Below, piece after piece: positions 7,746 through 16,375 of a stretch of 61,808 nucleotides of DNA (the first letter of the stretch is position 1; every line of letters starts with the position of its first letter). The stretch comes from an uncultured Clostridia bacterium (GTDB taxonomy: Bacteria; Bacillota; Clostridia; Oscillospirales; CAG-272). The position numbers were made by a program, and so were the translations under genes. The stretch is taken from positions 1-61,808 of the forward strand of contig CANQPT010000006.1 in NCBI GenBank assembly GCA_947625805.1, written 5' to 3'. Below the pieces are notes generated by a model. That model searched no databases. It was not told the origin of the DNA and worked only from the letters and a program-made list of their open reading frames with translations.

Positions 7746-7982
7746 TTATAGTTTACTAAGGTATACATTACCGTCACGAATAAATACTTTGATCGGCCGC
7801 TTTGACCTTTTGACTGCAACACGCATACAGTTTGCACAGACTATGTAAGATTTGTAATCATGCTCGCTGAGATCGATTCGTACGAACTCGGCGTTTGAAT
7901 TTACAAATTCCTCAATAAAATCCTGCAAATTATGTCTGCTTGCTCGTCTTTTGGGAATGCTGTCAACCGGTGTAAGTTTCAT
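7746..7982 (-). CDS. Hypothetical phage protein (78 aa, cassette G cargo)
   Basis: GAAAGGAG RBS before ATG 7982 (MKLTPVDSIP). Confidence 0.7.
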   Translation of the reverse strand: MKLTPVDSIPKRRASRHNLQDFIEEFVNSNAEFVRIDLSEHDYKSYIVCANCMRVAVKRSKRPIKVFIRDGNVYLSKL

Positions 7983-8013
7983 GATTTTTAACTCCTTTCG
8001 GGTATAAAATATT

Positions 8014-8041
8014 TCCCATAAAAGAAGTTGTAAATACCGCG
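8014..8041 (-). repeat. 28-bp cassette motif copy G
   Basis: CGCGGTATTTACA-ACTTCTT-TTATGGGA. Confidence 0.8.
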
Positions 8042-8044
8042 CCG

Positions 8045-8248
8045 TTATTTGCTCTCGTCTTCGTAAACGGTTTTCTTTCTTAAATCTCCCCAGCCGATAA
8101 ACCGATCCGTTCTGCAAATCGGACAATAGAACTTACTGATTTTATTACCCATATCAACAAGTTCGTTTGGATTGGCTTCTAATCGTGCTCCGCAATCAGG
8201 ACAATTGAATCGATATACCTTTTTAACAGCTTTATTGATGATTTTCAT
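8045..8248 (-). CDS. Zn-ribbon phage protein (67 aa)
   Basis: CPDC...CPIC; AAGGTG RBS. Confidence 0.7.
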   Translation of the reverse strand: MKIINKAVKKVYRFNCPDCGARLEANPNELVDMGNKISKFYCPICRTDRFIGWGDLRKKTVYEDESK

Positions 8249-8259
8249 ATCTGTTCACC

Positions 8260-8679
8260 TTATCCTCTCGTTTTATTCAGTAACCAGAAGAATTTTCTAT
8301 ACCGGTCATAATAAGTGTCTTTACAGCAGGGGATTTCTAATCTAAGTTTAAGGCATTCAAAAGAAATTCCTTCCGTAACCGCTCTTAACAGGTACTCTGC
8401 AAGCTCTGGATCAGCTCCTATAGCCGCCTGTTCTACGAGCTTCATTCGGTCAAGATAATATAATCTTGCCTCGGCACATTTTTCTACCGGACTGCTGATG
8501 TTTCTGGTTTTGGAAAACATAGCCAAATCCGCCGGTCTGGTTGCTAAGCTGTCCAAAGAAGCATAGGCTTTCTTCCAAATCGGATATTGAAGGCAAAAAT
8601 GCTTCAATTCATAGTACCGGTGTTTTTCTATCCAGTATTTGCTTTTATCAGACAATTCCGGTCGTATCGTCGTACTCAT
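8260..8679 (-). CDS. Putative phage transcriptional activator (ArpU/RinA-like)
   Basis: GAAAGGAG RBS; C-terminal helical segment LLRAVTEG.SFE.L....IPCCKDTYYDRYRKFFWLL; family call is from recall only. Confidence 0.5.
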   Translation of the reverse strand: MSTTIRPELSDKSKYWIEKHRYYELKHFCLQYPIWKKAYASLDSLATRPADLAMFSKTRNISSPVEKCAEARLYYLDRMKLVEQAAIGADPELAEYLLRAVTEGISFECLKLRLEIPCCKDTYYDRYRKFFWLLNKTRG

Positions 8680-8927
8680 TACCGTTTCTCTCCTTTCCAA
8701 ATATATCCGGTTTCTTCATAGAGAAGCTTTGGCGAAATATAAAAGTTAATTCGTCCATACTTTGAGTTCATTTCCTCAATCTTCGTAACCAGCTTTCCGT
8801 TTCTGGTGGCCTTTCCAATCGGCAGCCATCCGGATATAATGCCCGCTCTTACCCAAGATGCATCTTTACCGTAAACTCTTGCCGCTACAGAGACTGGAAC
8901 CGAACCGTTTGCAAATTTTTCGTCCAT
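8679..8927 (-). CDS. Excisionase/MerR-like HTH protein
   Basis: VPVSVAARVYGKDASWVRAGI HTH pattern, divergent from the integrase; AAGGAGG RBS. Confidence 0.6.
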   Translation of the reverse strand: MDEKFANGSVPVSVAARVYGKDASWVRAGIISGWLPIGKATRNGKLVTKIEEMNSKYGRINFYISPKLLYEETGYIWKGEKR

Positions 8928-8952
8928 CTACGTTTACCTCCTTTTTGCGGCT

Positions 8953-8981
8953 ATTCTAAATTAAAAACTGCTTTTAGTAAA
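8953..8981 (-). promoter_or_regulatory. sigmaA-type promoter for the xis-like gene
   Basis: TTTACT-N17-TAGAAT. Confidence 0.55.
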
Positions 8982-9001
8982 AACAACCTGAGTGAAAAAT
9001 C

Positions 9002-9040
9002 AAAAAAAGAAAAAGAGTCCTTTTTTCAGGACTCCTCCTC
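9002..9040 (-). terminator. GAGTCC/GGACTC terminator closing cassette H
   Basis: GAGGAGGAGTCC-TGAAAAAA-GGACTCTTTTTC then TTTTTTT. Confidence 0.8.
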
Positions 9041-9199
9041 TTTCTTAAACCAATCTTCGAGTTTTTGTTTCAGTTCCGATAGACTGTTTGAAAATGTGCT
9101 TCCTTCTCTCCATCCTTTTTGGTACTCGTGCTTTCCGTAAAGCTGAATACCTCCGAGAAGCAGAGAGGCAAATATCAATTCTCCAACAAATCGTTTCAC
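9026..9199 (-). CDS. Small membrane phage protein (57 aa, cassette H cargo)
   Basis: AAAGGAGG RBS, GTG start, MKRFVGELIFASLLLGGIQLYGKHEYQKGW...KKEEES; not in the ORF track. Confidence 0.7.
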   Translation of the reverse strand: MKRFVGELIFASLLLGGIQLYGKHEYQKGWREGSTFSNSLSELKQKLEDWFKKEEES

Positions 9200-9543
9200 T
9201 TAAAACAACCTCCTTTAGAATTTTGTTTCCATAAAAGAAGTTGTGATTTTTGCGCCGTCCAACGAAGCATAGTCATTTCACAAGGATAATCTTCATATCC
9301 GTATGTATTCGGCGTAATAAATCCTTCCAAAACGCCGAGTATCATTTCCATTTCATATTGCTTGTAAGGAAATATAAATTTAGGAAGTTCTCTGTGAACA
9401 TGATTGCATTTTTCACATTTCATCCGTCGGATTTTAATCCACTTGGTAGCACGACCTTTTGTTCGTACGACTCTTTTTACACTGTCGTAATATTTTAAAG
9501 GACCGCCGCAAAGAGGACACTCAGACATATTCTTTGCAATCAT
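9196..9543 (-). CDS. Zn-ribbon protein (DUF6431-like)
   Basis: CPLCGG...IRRMKCEKC..VHRELP.FI.PYKQY; start at 9543 or 9549. Confidence 0.6.
   Translation of the reverse strand: MIAKNMSECPLCGGPLKYYDSVKRVVRTKGRATKWIKIRRMKCEKCNHVHRELPKFIFPYKQYEMEMILGVLEGFITPNTYGYEDYPCEMTMLRWTAQKSQLLLWKQNSKGGCFK
9227..9254 (-). repeat. 28-bp cassette motif copy H
   Basis: CGCAAAAATCACA-ACTTCTT-TTATGGAA. Confidence 0.85.
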
Positions 9544-9570
9544 GATCATCCCTTCTAAAAATAATTTCAA

Positions 9571-9593
9571 TGTAGGAGTTGACAATTCCTACA
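9571..9593. promoter_or_regulatory. Inverted-repeat operator TGTAGGA-N9-TCCTACA
   Basis: Brackets the integrase -35 box; half-sites resemble the repeats at 10897-10927. Confidence 0.65.
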
Positions 9594-9607
9594 CTATTAT
9601 ATATAAT
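9579..9607 (+). promoter_or_regulatory. Consensus sigmaA promoter of the integrase
   Basis: TTGACA-N17-TATAAT. Confidence 0.85.
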
Positions 9608-9624
9608 AATAGGCGGAAATTCAA
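9596..9624 (-). promoter_or_regulatory. Leftward sigmaA promoter of the early operon
   Basis: TTGAAT-N17-TATAAT on the minus strand. Confidence 0.7.
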
Positions 9625-9641
9625 TAGAAGGTGATGAACAA

Positions 9642-10880
9642 ATGCTTATTCAATGTCCGGAATGCGAGCTTCAAGTAAGCGATAAAGCTACATATTGCCC
9701 GCATTGCGGTTATCCGATGCAGCCAAATGTCAAACAAAGAAAACCTCGCAAATCCAACAAACATAGAAGATTACCAAACGGATTTGGTCAAATAAGCGAG
9801 ATTAAAAATCGAAACTTACGGAATCCGTTTCGAGCAATGGTTACGGTCGGAAAAACTCCTGATGGCAAACCGATTTGTAAGCCTTTGAAACCTGAATCAT
9901 ATTTTCCAACTTATAATGAAGCGTACGCTGCTCTCGTTGAATATAACAAAAATCCTTATGATTTGGGGCCGGCTATTACTGTAAAAGAACTTTATGAAAA
10001 ATGGTCAGAAGAGTATTTTAAAACTCTTAAATCGGATTCAAGCGCAAGAGCGGTTACATCTGCATGGGCGTATTGCTCCAGTGTATATAATATGCGTGTA
10101 ATGGATATACGAGCCAGACATATTAAAGGGTGTATGGAGGAAGGAACGGCAACAGTAAGAGGAGTAGAGCAACATCCGAGCGCATCTATGAAAAACAAAA
10201 TCAAGTCGCTTTTTAATCTGATGTTGGATTACGCTCTGGAATATGAATTGGTTGATCGTAACTATTCCCGTACGTTTAATTTGTCAGAAGATACGATCAA
10301 AGAAATCGTTACAGTTAAAAAAGGACATATTGCCTTTACCGATGATGAAATATCATTGCTTTGGCAGCATGTCCATGATAAGCGATTTGTAGATGCCATT
10401 CTTATTCAATGCTATTCCGGATGGCGTCCGCAAGAGCTTGGACTAATTGAACTCGCTAATGTTGATCTTGAAAACTGGACTTTCAAAGGCGGTATGAAAA
10501 CGGATGCGGGAACGGATAGAGTCGTTCCCATTCATTCAAAAATAAAACCCCTTGTTCTTCAAAAATATAAAGAAGCTGAAGAACTGGGGAGTAAATATCT
10601 TTTCAATTGCTGCGATCCAGATAATAAACGAAAATCGATAGCCTTTACTTACAATCGCTATCAAAAAGGATTTACAAGAATTCGAGAGGAATTGAATCTT
10701 AATCCGGAACATAGACCGCATGACGGAAGAACACATTTTGTAACTGCGGCTAAAAAGAATGGTGTGGACGAATATGCCATAAAATATATGGTCGGTCATA
10801 AAATTTCAGATATCACAGAAAAAGTTTACACAAAAAGAGAATTCGAATGGCTCCGTGAAGAAATCGAAAAAATAAAATAG
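9642..10880 (+). CDS. int: Tyrosine integrase with N-terminal Zn ribbon
   Basis: CPEC...CPHC N-terminus; RRLPNGFG arm-binding segment; catalytic R (GWRPQE), K (GMKT), HDGR, GH, Y (KVYT). Confidence 0.92.
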   Translation: MLIQCPECELQVSDKATYCPHCGYPMQPNVKQRKPRKSNKHRRLPNGFGQISEIKNRNLRNPFRAMVTVGKTPDGKPICKPLKPESYFPTYNEAYAALVEYNKNPYDLGPAITVKELYEKWSEEYFKTLKSDSSARAVTSAWAYCSSVYNMRVMDIRARHIKGCMEEGTATVRGVEQHPSASMKNKIKSLFNLMLDYALEYELVDRNYSRTFNLSEDTIKEIVTVKKGHIAFTDDEISLLWQHVHDKRFVDAILIQCYSGWRPQELGLIELANVDLENWTFKGGMKTDAGTDRVVPIHSKIKPLVLQKYKEAEELGSKYLFNCCDPDNKRKSIAFTYNRYQKGFTRIREELNLNPEHRPHDGRTHFVTAAKKNGVDEYAIKYMVGHKISDITEKVYTKREFEWLREEIEKIK

Positions 10881-10896
10881 AGTGTAAAAATAGTGG

Positions 10897-10959
10897 TATA
10901 GGAGCGGTGCAGGAATAATGCACGATTTACATACATTTCCCCGCATTTAACCGCTCCTA
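10897..10959. repeat. Candidate integrase arm-type sites near attR
   Basis: TATAGGAGC, TGCAGGAAT, TGCACGATT at an 11-bp period, plus TAGGAGCGGT/ACCGCTCCTA inverted pair. Confidence 0.55.
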
Positions 10960-11065
10960 ACCACTTCTAAAACCCTTGTATTTTCTGCGTTTTTTCGATT
11001 TAGCCAAGTTAGGCAGTTTCTATTATATAAACATGATATATAATTTGCAAAGCATGTTTCATAAT

Positions 11066-11305
11066 TTATTTTGTCAGTTCTTTTTTGCAATTCTCGCAGA
11101 TCAGTTTATTCTTATATACGGAAATCCCGTTTGTGCTTCCGCAGAAAATACAGCCGGGATTGTAGCGATGGAGAATGATATTATCTCCGTCCACAAAAAT
11201 TTCCAGATAATCTCTGGGCTCGATCCCCATGGTTTTTTTGATCTCTTTCGGGATGACGATGCGTCCCAGTTCATCGATCTGCTTTACCATTCCTGTTGCT
11301 TTCAT
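11066..11305 (-). CDS. AbrB/SpoVT-family transcriptional regulator
   Basis: MKATGMVKQIDELGRIVIPKEI...CIFC...LICENC. Confidence 0.9.
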   Translation of the reverse strand: MKATGMVKQIDELGRIVIPKEIKKTMGIEPRDYLEIFVDGDNIILHRYNPGCIFCGSTNGISVYKNKLICENCKKELTK

Positions 11306-11563
11306 GTTTATTACCATACCTTTCCGCTGCGCGGAAGGCACAAAAGGACGTGAAAAATTCCGGTGCCGTTACGCAGCATTTGAATATTGTGTTAAAATAC
11401 AGCAGAATAAAAAAACGCAGAGGGCACAGGAAAGCGATCATTGCGACCGCGGGAATGTTACGGATTGCAATCTGCAACATTCTCAAAAAAGCGAGGCGGT
11501 CTGCTTTGCTGCGCTCTTTTTTCTCTGCCGGGTGTGCTATCTGTTTTTATCGATTGTATTATT

Positions 11564-11592
11564 ACTATATCATCTTTTTTTTGCAAAGTCAA
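11564..11592 (-). promoter_or_regulatory. sigmaA promoter facing the abrB-like gene
   Basis: TTGACT-N17-TATAGT. Confidence 0.6.
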
Positions 11593-11675
11593 GCCATTTT
11601 TGACAATTTCTGTTATTTTTTTGCTCCGAGCAAATGTGAACAAATTGTAAATCCTAAAAAGAGAGAAAATAATTG

Positions 11676-11704
11676 TTGACATAGCGGGAAATAAGTGGTA
11701 CAAT
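11676..11704 (+). promoter_or_regulatory. S10 operon promoter
   Basis: TTGACA-N17-TACAAT with extended TG. Confidence 0.8.
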
Positions 11705-11710
11705 AGTGAG

Positions 11711-11999
11711 GCTTAATGTGCGATGATGCGGGAGATTGCGGCGCAGACAGCCGGTAACTTCCGCGGAGTATGTCCGTAAAACGGGCGAAGGCAAGAGTTG
11801 TGTATCGTAGGCATACGGTGGCTGAATGCAGTCGGCATTGACGCACCGGATGTCACGGAGGCTGCGCCCCGGCGTATGCCCCGTTTTCCTTTGAGAGGGG
11901 TTGAAACGCCCGGGAGCGTGTACACAGCCTGCCGCCTTTATGGAAGGTCCCGTGTGTCGGCGGGACACGCACAACTTTTATATAGGAGGAAAAAGCAAA
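11711..11999 (+). ncRNA. Long structured rpsJ 5' leader (probable ribosomal leader)
   Basis: About 290-nt GC-rich UTR with several hairpins. Confidence 0.45.
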
Positions 12000-12308
12000 A
12001 TGGCAAAGCAGAATGTACGCATCAGACTCAAGAGTTATGATCACACCCTGGCGGATGCGGCGGCACAGAAGATCGTGGAAACGGCGAAGAGATACAACTG
12101 CACGGTTTCCGGTCCCGTACCGCTGCCTACCGAAAAGGAGATTGTCACTATCCTGCGTTCTGTCCACGTCAACAAGGACAGCCGCGAGCAGTTTGAACTC
12201 CGTACCCACAAGCGCTTAATCGACATTGTCAATCCTGCAAAGGATGCGGTCGAGGCAATTATGAGTCTTGAACTCCCCGCCGGCGTAGAAATCGACGTAA
12301 AGCTCTGA
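12000..12308 (+). CDS. rpsJ: 30S ribosomal protein S10
   Basis: IRLKSYD, GPVPLPT, SREQFE.RTHKR. Confidence 0.98.
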   Translation: MAKQNVRIRLKSYDHTLADAAAQKIVETAKRYNCTVSGPVPLPTEKEIVTILRSVHVNKDSREQFELRTHKRLIDIVNPAKDAVEAIMSLELPAGVEIDVKL

Positions 12309-12418
12309 TCTCACACAGTTCTTTACCGCATTTTATACGCGCGAGGTTTTAAGTCAAGTTGCACCAACGGGCAGTGACCTGCGTGCAACCAATAACTGAA
12401 ACAGGAGGAAATTACAGA

Positions 12419-13051
12419 ATGAAAAAGGGAATCATCGGCAAGAAGATCGGCATGACACAGATTTTCGACGAGGTTGGAAATGTGATTCCGGTCACTGTCA
12501 TTGAGGCAGGGCCGTGCGCCGTTTGCCGGATCAAGACCAAGGAAACCGACGGCTATGAGGCCATTCAGCTTGGCTTTGAGGATCTTTCCGAAAAGCGCAC
12601 GAATAAGCCCACCGCCGGTCAGTTCAAGAAGGCGGGCGTCTCCGCCAAGAAGCATCTGAAAGAGTTCCGTCTGGAGGACGTCTCGTCCTATCAGGTGGGT
12701 GACACGGTCGGCGCCGATCTGTTCGCCGCAGGCGAGAAGGTCGACGTGACCGGTATCACCAAGGGACGCGGTTACACCGGCGCGGTCAAGAGATGGGGCA
12801 ACCACATTCTCCGTATGACCCACGGTACCGGCCCGATCCACCGTCAGGTCGGCTCTATGGGTTCGACCTCGAGCCCGTCCAGAGTTTTCAAGAACAAGAA
12901 GATGGCAGGTCAGTACGGGGACGAACAGGTGACCGTGCTCAACTTGGAAGTCGCAAAAATCGATGCGGAAAAGAACATCATCGCCATCAAGGGCGCCGTT
13001 CCGGGTGCACGCGGCGGGATTGTGTTCATCCGCAACACGGTCAAAGCATAA
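12419..13051 (+). CDS. rplC: 50S ribosomal protein L3
   Basis: [18 protein letters not shown]. Confidence 0.98.
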   Translation: MKKGIIGKKIGMTQIFDEVGNVIPVTVIEAGPCAVCRIKTKETDGYEAIQLGFEDLSEKRTNKPTAGQFKKAGVSAKKHLKEFRLEDVSSYQVGDTVGADLFAAGEKVDVTGITKGRGYTGAVKRWGNHILRMTHGTGPIHRQVGSMGSTSSPSRVFKNKKMAGQYGDEQVTVLNLEVAKIDAEKNIIAIKGAVPGARGGIVFIRNTVKA

Positions 13052-13066
13052 GAGGGAGGATAGACA

Positions 13067-13690
13067 ATGCCTAATTTGAAAGTAGTGGATATGGCGGGCA
13101 AGCAAGTCGGCGATATCGTATTATCTGACGAAGTATTCGGCGTCGAGGTGAATGCGGCGGTCCTCCATGCAGCAGTCAGAGCATATCTGATGAACCAAAG
13201 ACAGGGCACACAGTCCACCAAGACCCGGACCGAGGTTTCGGGCGGCGGCAGAAAGCCTTGGCGTCAAAAGGGAACCGGCAGAGCGCGTCAGGGCTCCACC
13301 CGTTCTCCGCAGTGGACGCACGGCGGTATCGCGCTCGGCCCCAAACCGAGAAGCTATCGGATCAATCTCAACAAGAAGACCCGCAGACTGGCGCTGAAAA
13401 GCGCGCTGTCCGATAAGGTTGCTACCGACAGCATGATCGTGGTCGACTCGATCGCGGCAGAGGCATACAAGACCAAGACCATGGCCGCGATGCTGCAAGC
13501 GGTCGGCGCACCCGGCAAGACTCTGGTAGTGCTTGCCGAGCAGGACGCAAAGGTGATCGCAAGTTTTGCGAACATCCCGGGCGTCAAGACCGCACAGGCA
13601 ACTCAGATCAACGTATATGACATTCTGAATGCCGACAAACTGGTGGTCGCAAAGACCGCGGCCGAAAAGATCCAGGAGGTGTTTGCATAA
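13067..13690 (+). CDS. rplD: 50S ribosomal protein L4
   Basis: KPWRQKGTGRARQGS. Confidence 0.98.
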   Translation: MPNLKVVDMAGKQVGDIVLSDEVFGVEVNAAVLHAAVRAYLMNQRQGTQSTKTRTEVSGGGRKPWRQKGTGRARQGSTRSPQWTHGGIALGPKPRSYRINLNKKTRRLALKSALSDKVATDSMIVVDSIAAEAYKTKTMAAMLQAVGAPGKTLVVLAEQDAKVIASFANIPGVKTAQATQINVYDILNADKLVVAKTAAEKIQEVFA

Positions 13691-13983
13691 TGAGAAGTTG
13701 TTATGATATTATCCTGAAGCCGATCATCACAGAGGCGAGTATGGATCTTGCAAAGAACAAAAAATACACCTTCCGGGTACTGAAGGACGCGACCAAGGCC
13801 GAGATTGCAACTGCGGTCGAGCAGGCCTTTAAGGTAGAGGTTGCTTCGGTCAACACCGTCAGCGTCAAGAGAAAGCCCAAGAGAAGAGGCATGGTGAGCG
13901 GTTATACCGCCGCTTGGAAAAAAGCGATCGTAACCCTGACAGAGGGCTCGGATACCATCGAGTTCTTCGACGGAATGATGTAA
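13690..13983 (+). CDS. rplW: 50S ribosomal protein L23
   Basis: PIITE, WKKAIVTL. Confidence 0.97.
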   Translation: MRSCYDIILKPIITEASMDLAKNKKYTFRVLKDATKAEIATAVEQAFKVEVASVNTVSVKRKPKRRGMVSGYTAAWKKAIVTLTEGSDTIEFFDGMM

Positions 13984-13998
13984 TGAGGAGGAGGAACG

Positions 13999-14829
13999 AT
14001 GGCAGCTATTAAGTACAAACCTACGACTCCGGGCAGAAGAGGAATGAGCGTTCCCAGCTTTGACGAGGTGACCAAGTTCACTCCCGAAAAAAGCCTTTTG
14101 TCCGTAAAGAAGAAGTATTCCGGACGCAACAGTTACGGCAGAATCACAGTCCGTCATAAGGGCGGCGGAAACCGTCAGAAATACAGACTGGTCGACTTCA
14201 AGCGGCAGGGAGATCTCAAGGAAACCGTGATCGGGATCGAGTACGATCCCAACCGCACCGCTTACATCGCACTGGTGGCGGACGAGGCGGGCAAGAAGCG
14301 CTACGTGCTTGCCCCCGCAGGACTTACCGACGGCGACGTGATCGAGTCGGGCTCCGGCGCGGACATCAAGCCGGGCAACACCCTTCCGCTTGCAAACATT
14401 CCGGTCGGTACGGTCATCTACAACGTGGAACTTTACCCGGGCAAGGGCGCACAGTTGGTGCGCAGCGCCGGAGCACAGGCACAACTCATGGCAAAAGAAA
14501 ACGGCATGGCGCAGGTTCGCCTGCCCTCCGGTGAAGTCCGTCTGGTGCGCTTGGATTGCAATGCCAGCATCGGACAGGTCGGCAACATCGAGCATGACAC
14601 GGTCAAGATCGGTAAGGCCGGAAGAAAGCGTCACATGGGCGTCCGTCCGACCGTACGCGGCTCGGTCATGAACCCCTGCGATCACCCGCACGGCGGCGGT
14701 GAGGGCAAGAGCCCGATCGGCCGTCCCGGCCCGGTAACCCCGTGGGGTAAGCCGGCTCTGGGTCTCAAGACAAGAAACAAGAAGGCCAGAACCGACAAAT
14801 TCATCGTAAGACGCAGAAACGGCAAATAA
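13999..14829 (+). CDS. rplB: 50S ribosomal protein L2
   Basis: [13 protein letters not shown]. Confidence 0.98.
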   Translation: MAAIKYKPTTPGRRGMSVPSFDEVTKFTPEKSLLSVKKKYSGRNSYGRITVRHKGGGNRQKYRLVDFKRQGDLKETVIGIEYDPNRTAYIALVADEAGKKRYVLAPAGLTDGDVIESGSGADIKPGNTLPLANIPVGTVIYNVELYPGKGAQLVRSAGAQAQLMAKENGMAQVRLPSGEVRLVRLDCNASIGQVGNIEHDTVKIGKAGRKRHMGVRPTVRGSVMNPCDHPHGGGEGKSPIGRPGPVTPWGKPALGLKTRNKKARTDKFIVRRRNGK

Positions 14830-14847
14830 TAGAAGGAGGCACATGAT

Positions 14848-15129
14848 ATGAGCAGAAGTCTGAAAAAGGGACCGTTTGTCGAAGCCAAACTTTATTCCCG
14901 CATTGCGGCAATGAACGACTCCGGCAAAAAGCAGGTCATCAAAACATGGTCGCGTGCTTCCACGATATTCCCGGAATTTGTCGGACACACGATCGCCGTC
15001 TATGACGGAAGAAAGCACGTCCCGGTCTATGTGACCGAGGATATGGTCGGCTGCAAACTCGGCGAGTTTGCTCCGACCAGAACATTCAAAGGCCATGCCG
15101 GGTCGAAGACCTCGAACAACGGCAAATAA
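14848..15129 (+). CDS. rpsS: 30S ribosomal protein S19
   Basis: [17 protein letters not shown]. Confidence 0.98.
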   Translation: MSRSLKKGPFVEAKLYSRIAAMNDSGKKQVIKTWSRASTIFPEFVGHTIAVYDGRKHVPVYVTEDMVGCKLGEFAPTRTFKGHAGSKTSNNGK

Positions 15130-15143
15130 TTCAGGAGGACGAA

Positions 15144-15479
15144 ATGGAAGCAAAAGCAATTCTGAGATACGCGCGGATCTCTCCGCGTAAAGTCGGCATC
15201 GTCCTTGACCTGATCCGGGGCAAAGACGTCGGAATGGCAAGAGCCATTCTCAAGAACACCCCCAAGAGCGCATCCGAGTATCTGATCAAGTTACTCGACT
15301 CTGCCGTGGCAAACGCAGAGAACAATTTCAACATGAACAAGGACGCACTGATCGTTTCCGAGTGCTATGTATGCCCCGGACCGACCCTCAAGAGGATCAT
15401 GCCCCGCGCACGCGGATCGGCTGACCGCATTCTCAAGAGGACCAGCCACGTAACCCTTGTCGTGAAAGAAAGAGATTAA
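15144..15479 (+). CDS. rplV: 50S ribosomal protein L22
   Basis: RISPRK, PRARG, KRTSH. Confidence 0.98.
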   Translation: MEAKAILRYARISPRKVGIVLDLIRGKDVGMARAILKNTPKSASEYLIKLLDSAVANAENNFNMNKDALIVSECYVCPGPTLKRIMPRARGSADRILKRTSHVTLVVKERD

Positions 15480-15496
15480 GGAAGGAGGACATCATA

Positions 15497-16375
15497 ATGG
15501 GTCAGAAAGTAAATCCCCACGGACTTAGAGTCGGTGTGATTAAAAACTGGGATTCCAGATGGTATGTGCCGGACGGTGAGTTCGGCGACACACTGGTGTC
15601 CGACTACAACTTGAGAAAGACACTCAAGGCACAGCTGCAGCAGGCAGGCGTGCCCAGAATCGAGATCGAACGCGACAATCAGAGAGTGAGGGTCTTTATT
15701 CACTGCGCAAAACCGGGTATGGTGATCGGCCGCGGCGGCACAGAGATTGAGAAACTGCGGCTTCAGATCGAGGAGATGGTAAAAAAGCCGGTTTCGGTCA
15801 ATGTGGTCGAGGTCAAGCAGCCCGACCTGAACGCACAGCTGGTGGCTGAAAGCATCTGCGGTCAGCTTGAAAGAAGAACTTCTTTCCGCCGTGCAATGAA
15901 GTTGAGCATCGGACGCACCATGCGCATGGGCGCCAAGGGGATCAAGGTATCCTGCAGCGGCCGTCTGGGCGGCGCCGAGATCGCTCGTACCGAGCATTAT
16001 CATGAGGGTACCATTCCGCTGCAAACCCTGAGAGCCGATATCGACTACGGCTTCTGGGAGGCAAACACGACTTACGGTAAGATCGGCGTCAAGGTTTGGA
16101 TCTATAAGGGCGAAGTCCTGCAGGACAAGGAGCATCGCTTTGGCGAGGCTAAGATTGAAACGCCCAAGTTCGACCGTAAGGATCGCCGCGATCGCCGCGA
16201 TCGCAGAAACGGCGACCGCAGAAACGGTGACCGCAGAGGCGGCGCAGGCCGTGGCGGCGACCGTCGCGGCGGCGACCGCAGACCGAACGGAGACCGCCGT
16301 CAGGGCGCGGGTGCATCCCGCAGACCGGCAGGCGAGCGTCCGGCAGCACCCAAGAAGGAAGGGGGCGACCAGTAA
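15497..16375 (+). CDS. rpsC: 30S ribosomal protein S3 with low-complexity C-tail
   Basis: [21 protein letters not shown]. Confidence 0.98.
   Translation: MGQKVNPHGLRVGVIKNWDSRWYVPDGEFGDTLVSDYNLRKTLKAQLQQAGVPRIEIERDNQRVRVFIHCAKPGMVIGRGGTEIEKLRLQIEEMVKKPVSVNVVEVKQPDLNAQLVAESICGQLERRTSFRRAMKLSIGRTMRMGAKGIKVSCSGRLGGAEIARTEHYHEGTIPLQTLRADIDYGFWEANTTYGKIGVKVWIYKGEVLQDKEHRFGEAKIETPKFDRKDRRDRRDRRNGDRRNGDRRGGAGRGGDRRGGDRRPNGDRRQGAGASRRPAGERPAAPKKEGGDQ

Larger units (their letters stand above)
1..11032. mobile_element. Prophage, right-hand (early/lysogeny) end; continues beyond window start
   Basis: AT-rich block of dense co-oriented small phage-type ORFs (DUF6353-like x3, DUF3310, Xis-like) ending in a tyrosine integrase. 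Host abrB and the S10 operon follow. Right boundary is approximate. Confidence 0.9.

Noticed and set aside
2713-9254. 28-bp motifs as a CRISPR array
   Set aside because: Copies are degenerate, 260-2100 bp apart, separated by whole genes, and no cas genes are present.
2713-9254. 28-bp motifs as ordinary sigmaA promoters
   Set aside because: The -35-like and -10-like boxes are 5 nt apart rather than about 17, and the near-invariant CGC is unexplained.
11005-11033. Chromosomal dif site
   Set aside because: Only the XerD-like half matches, and the location beside an integrase and the S10 operon fits an att core better.
16170-16375. GDRR repeats in S3, and the Lys/Glu tails of L17 and RpoC, as novel elements
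   Set aside because: In-frame low-complexity tails are common on these proteins.
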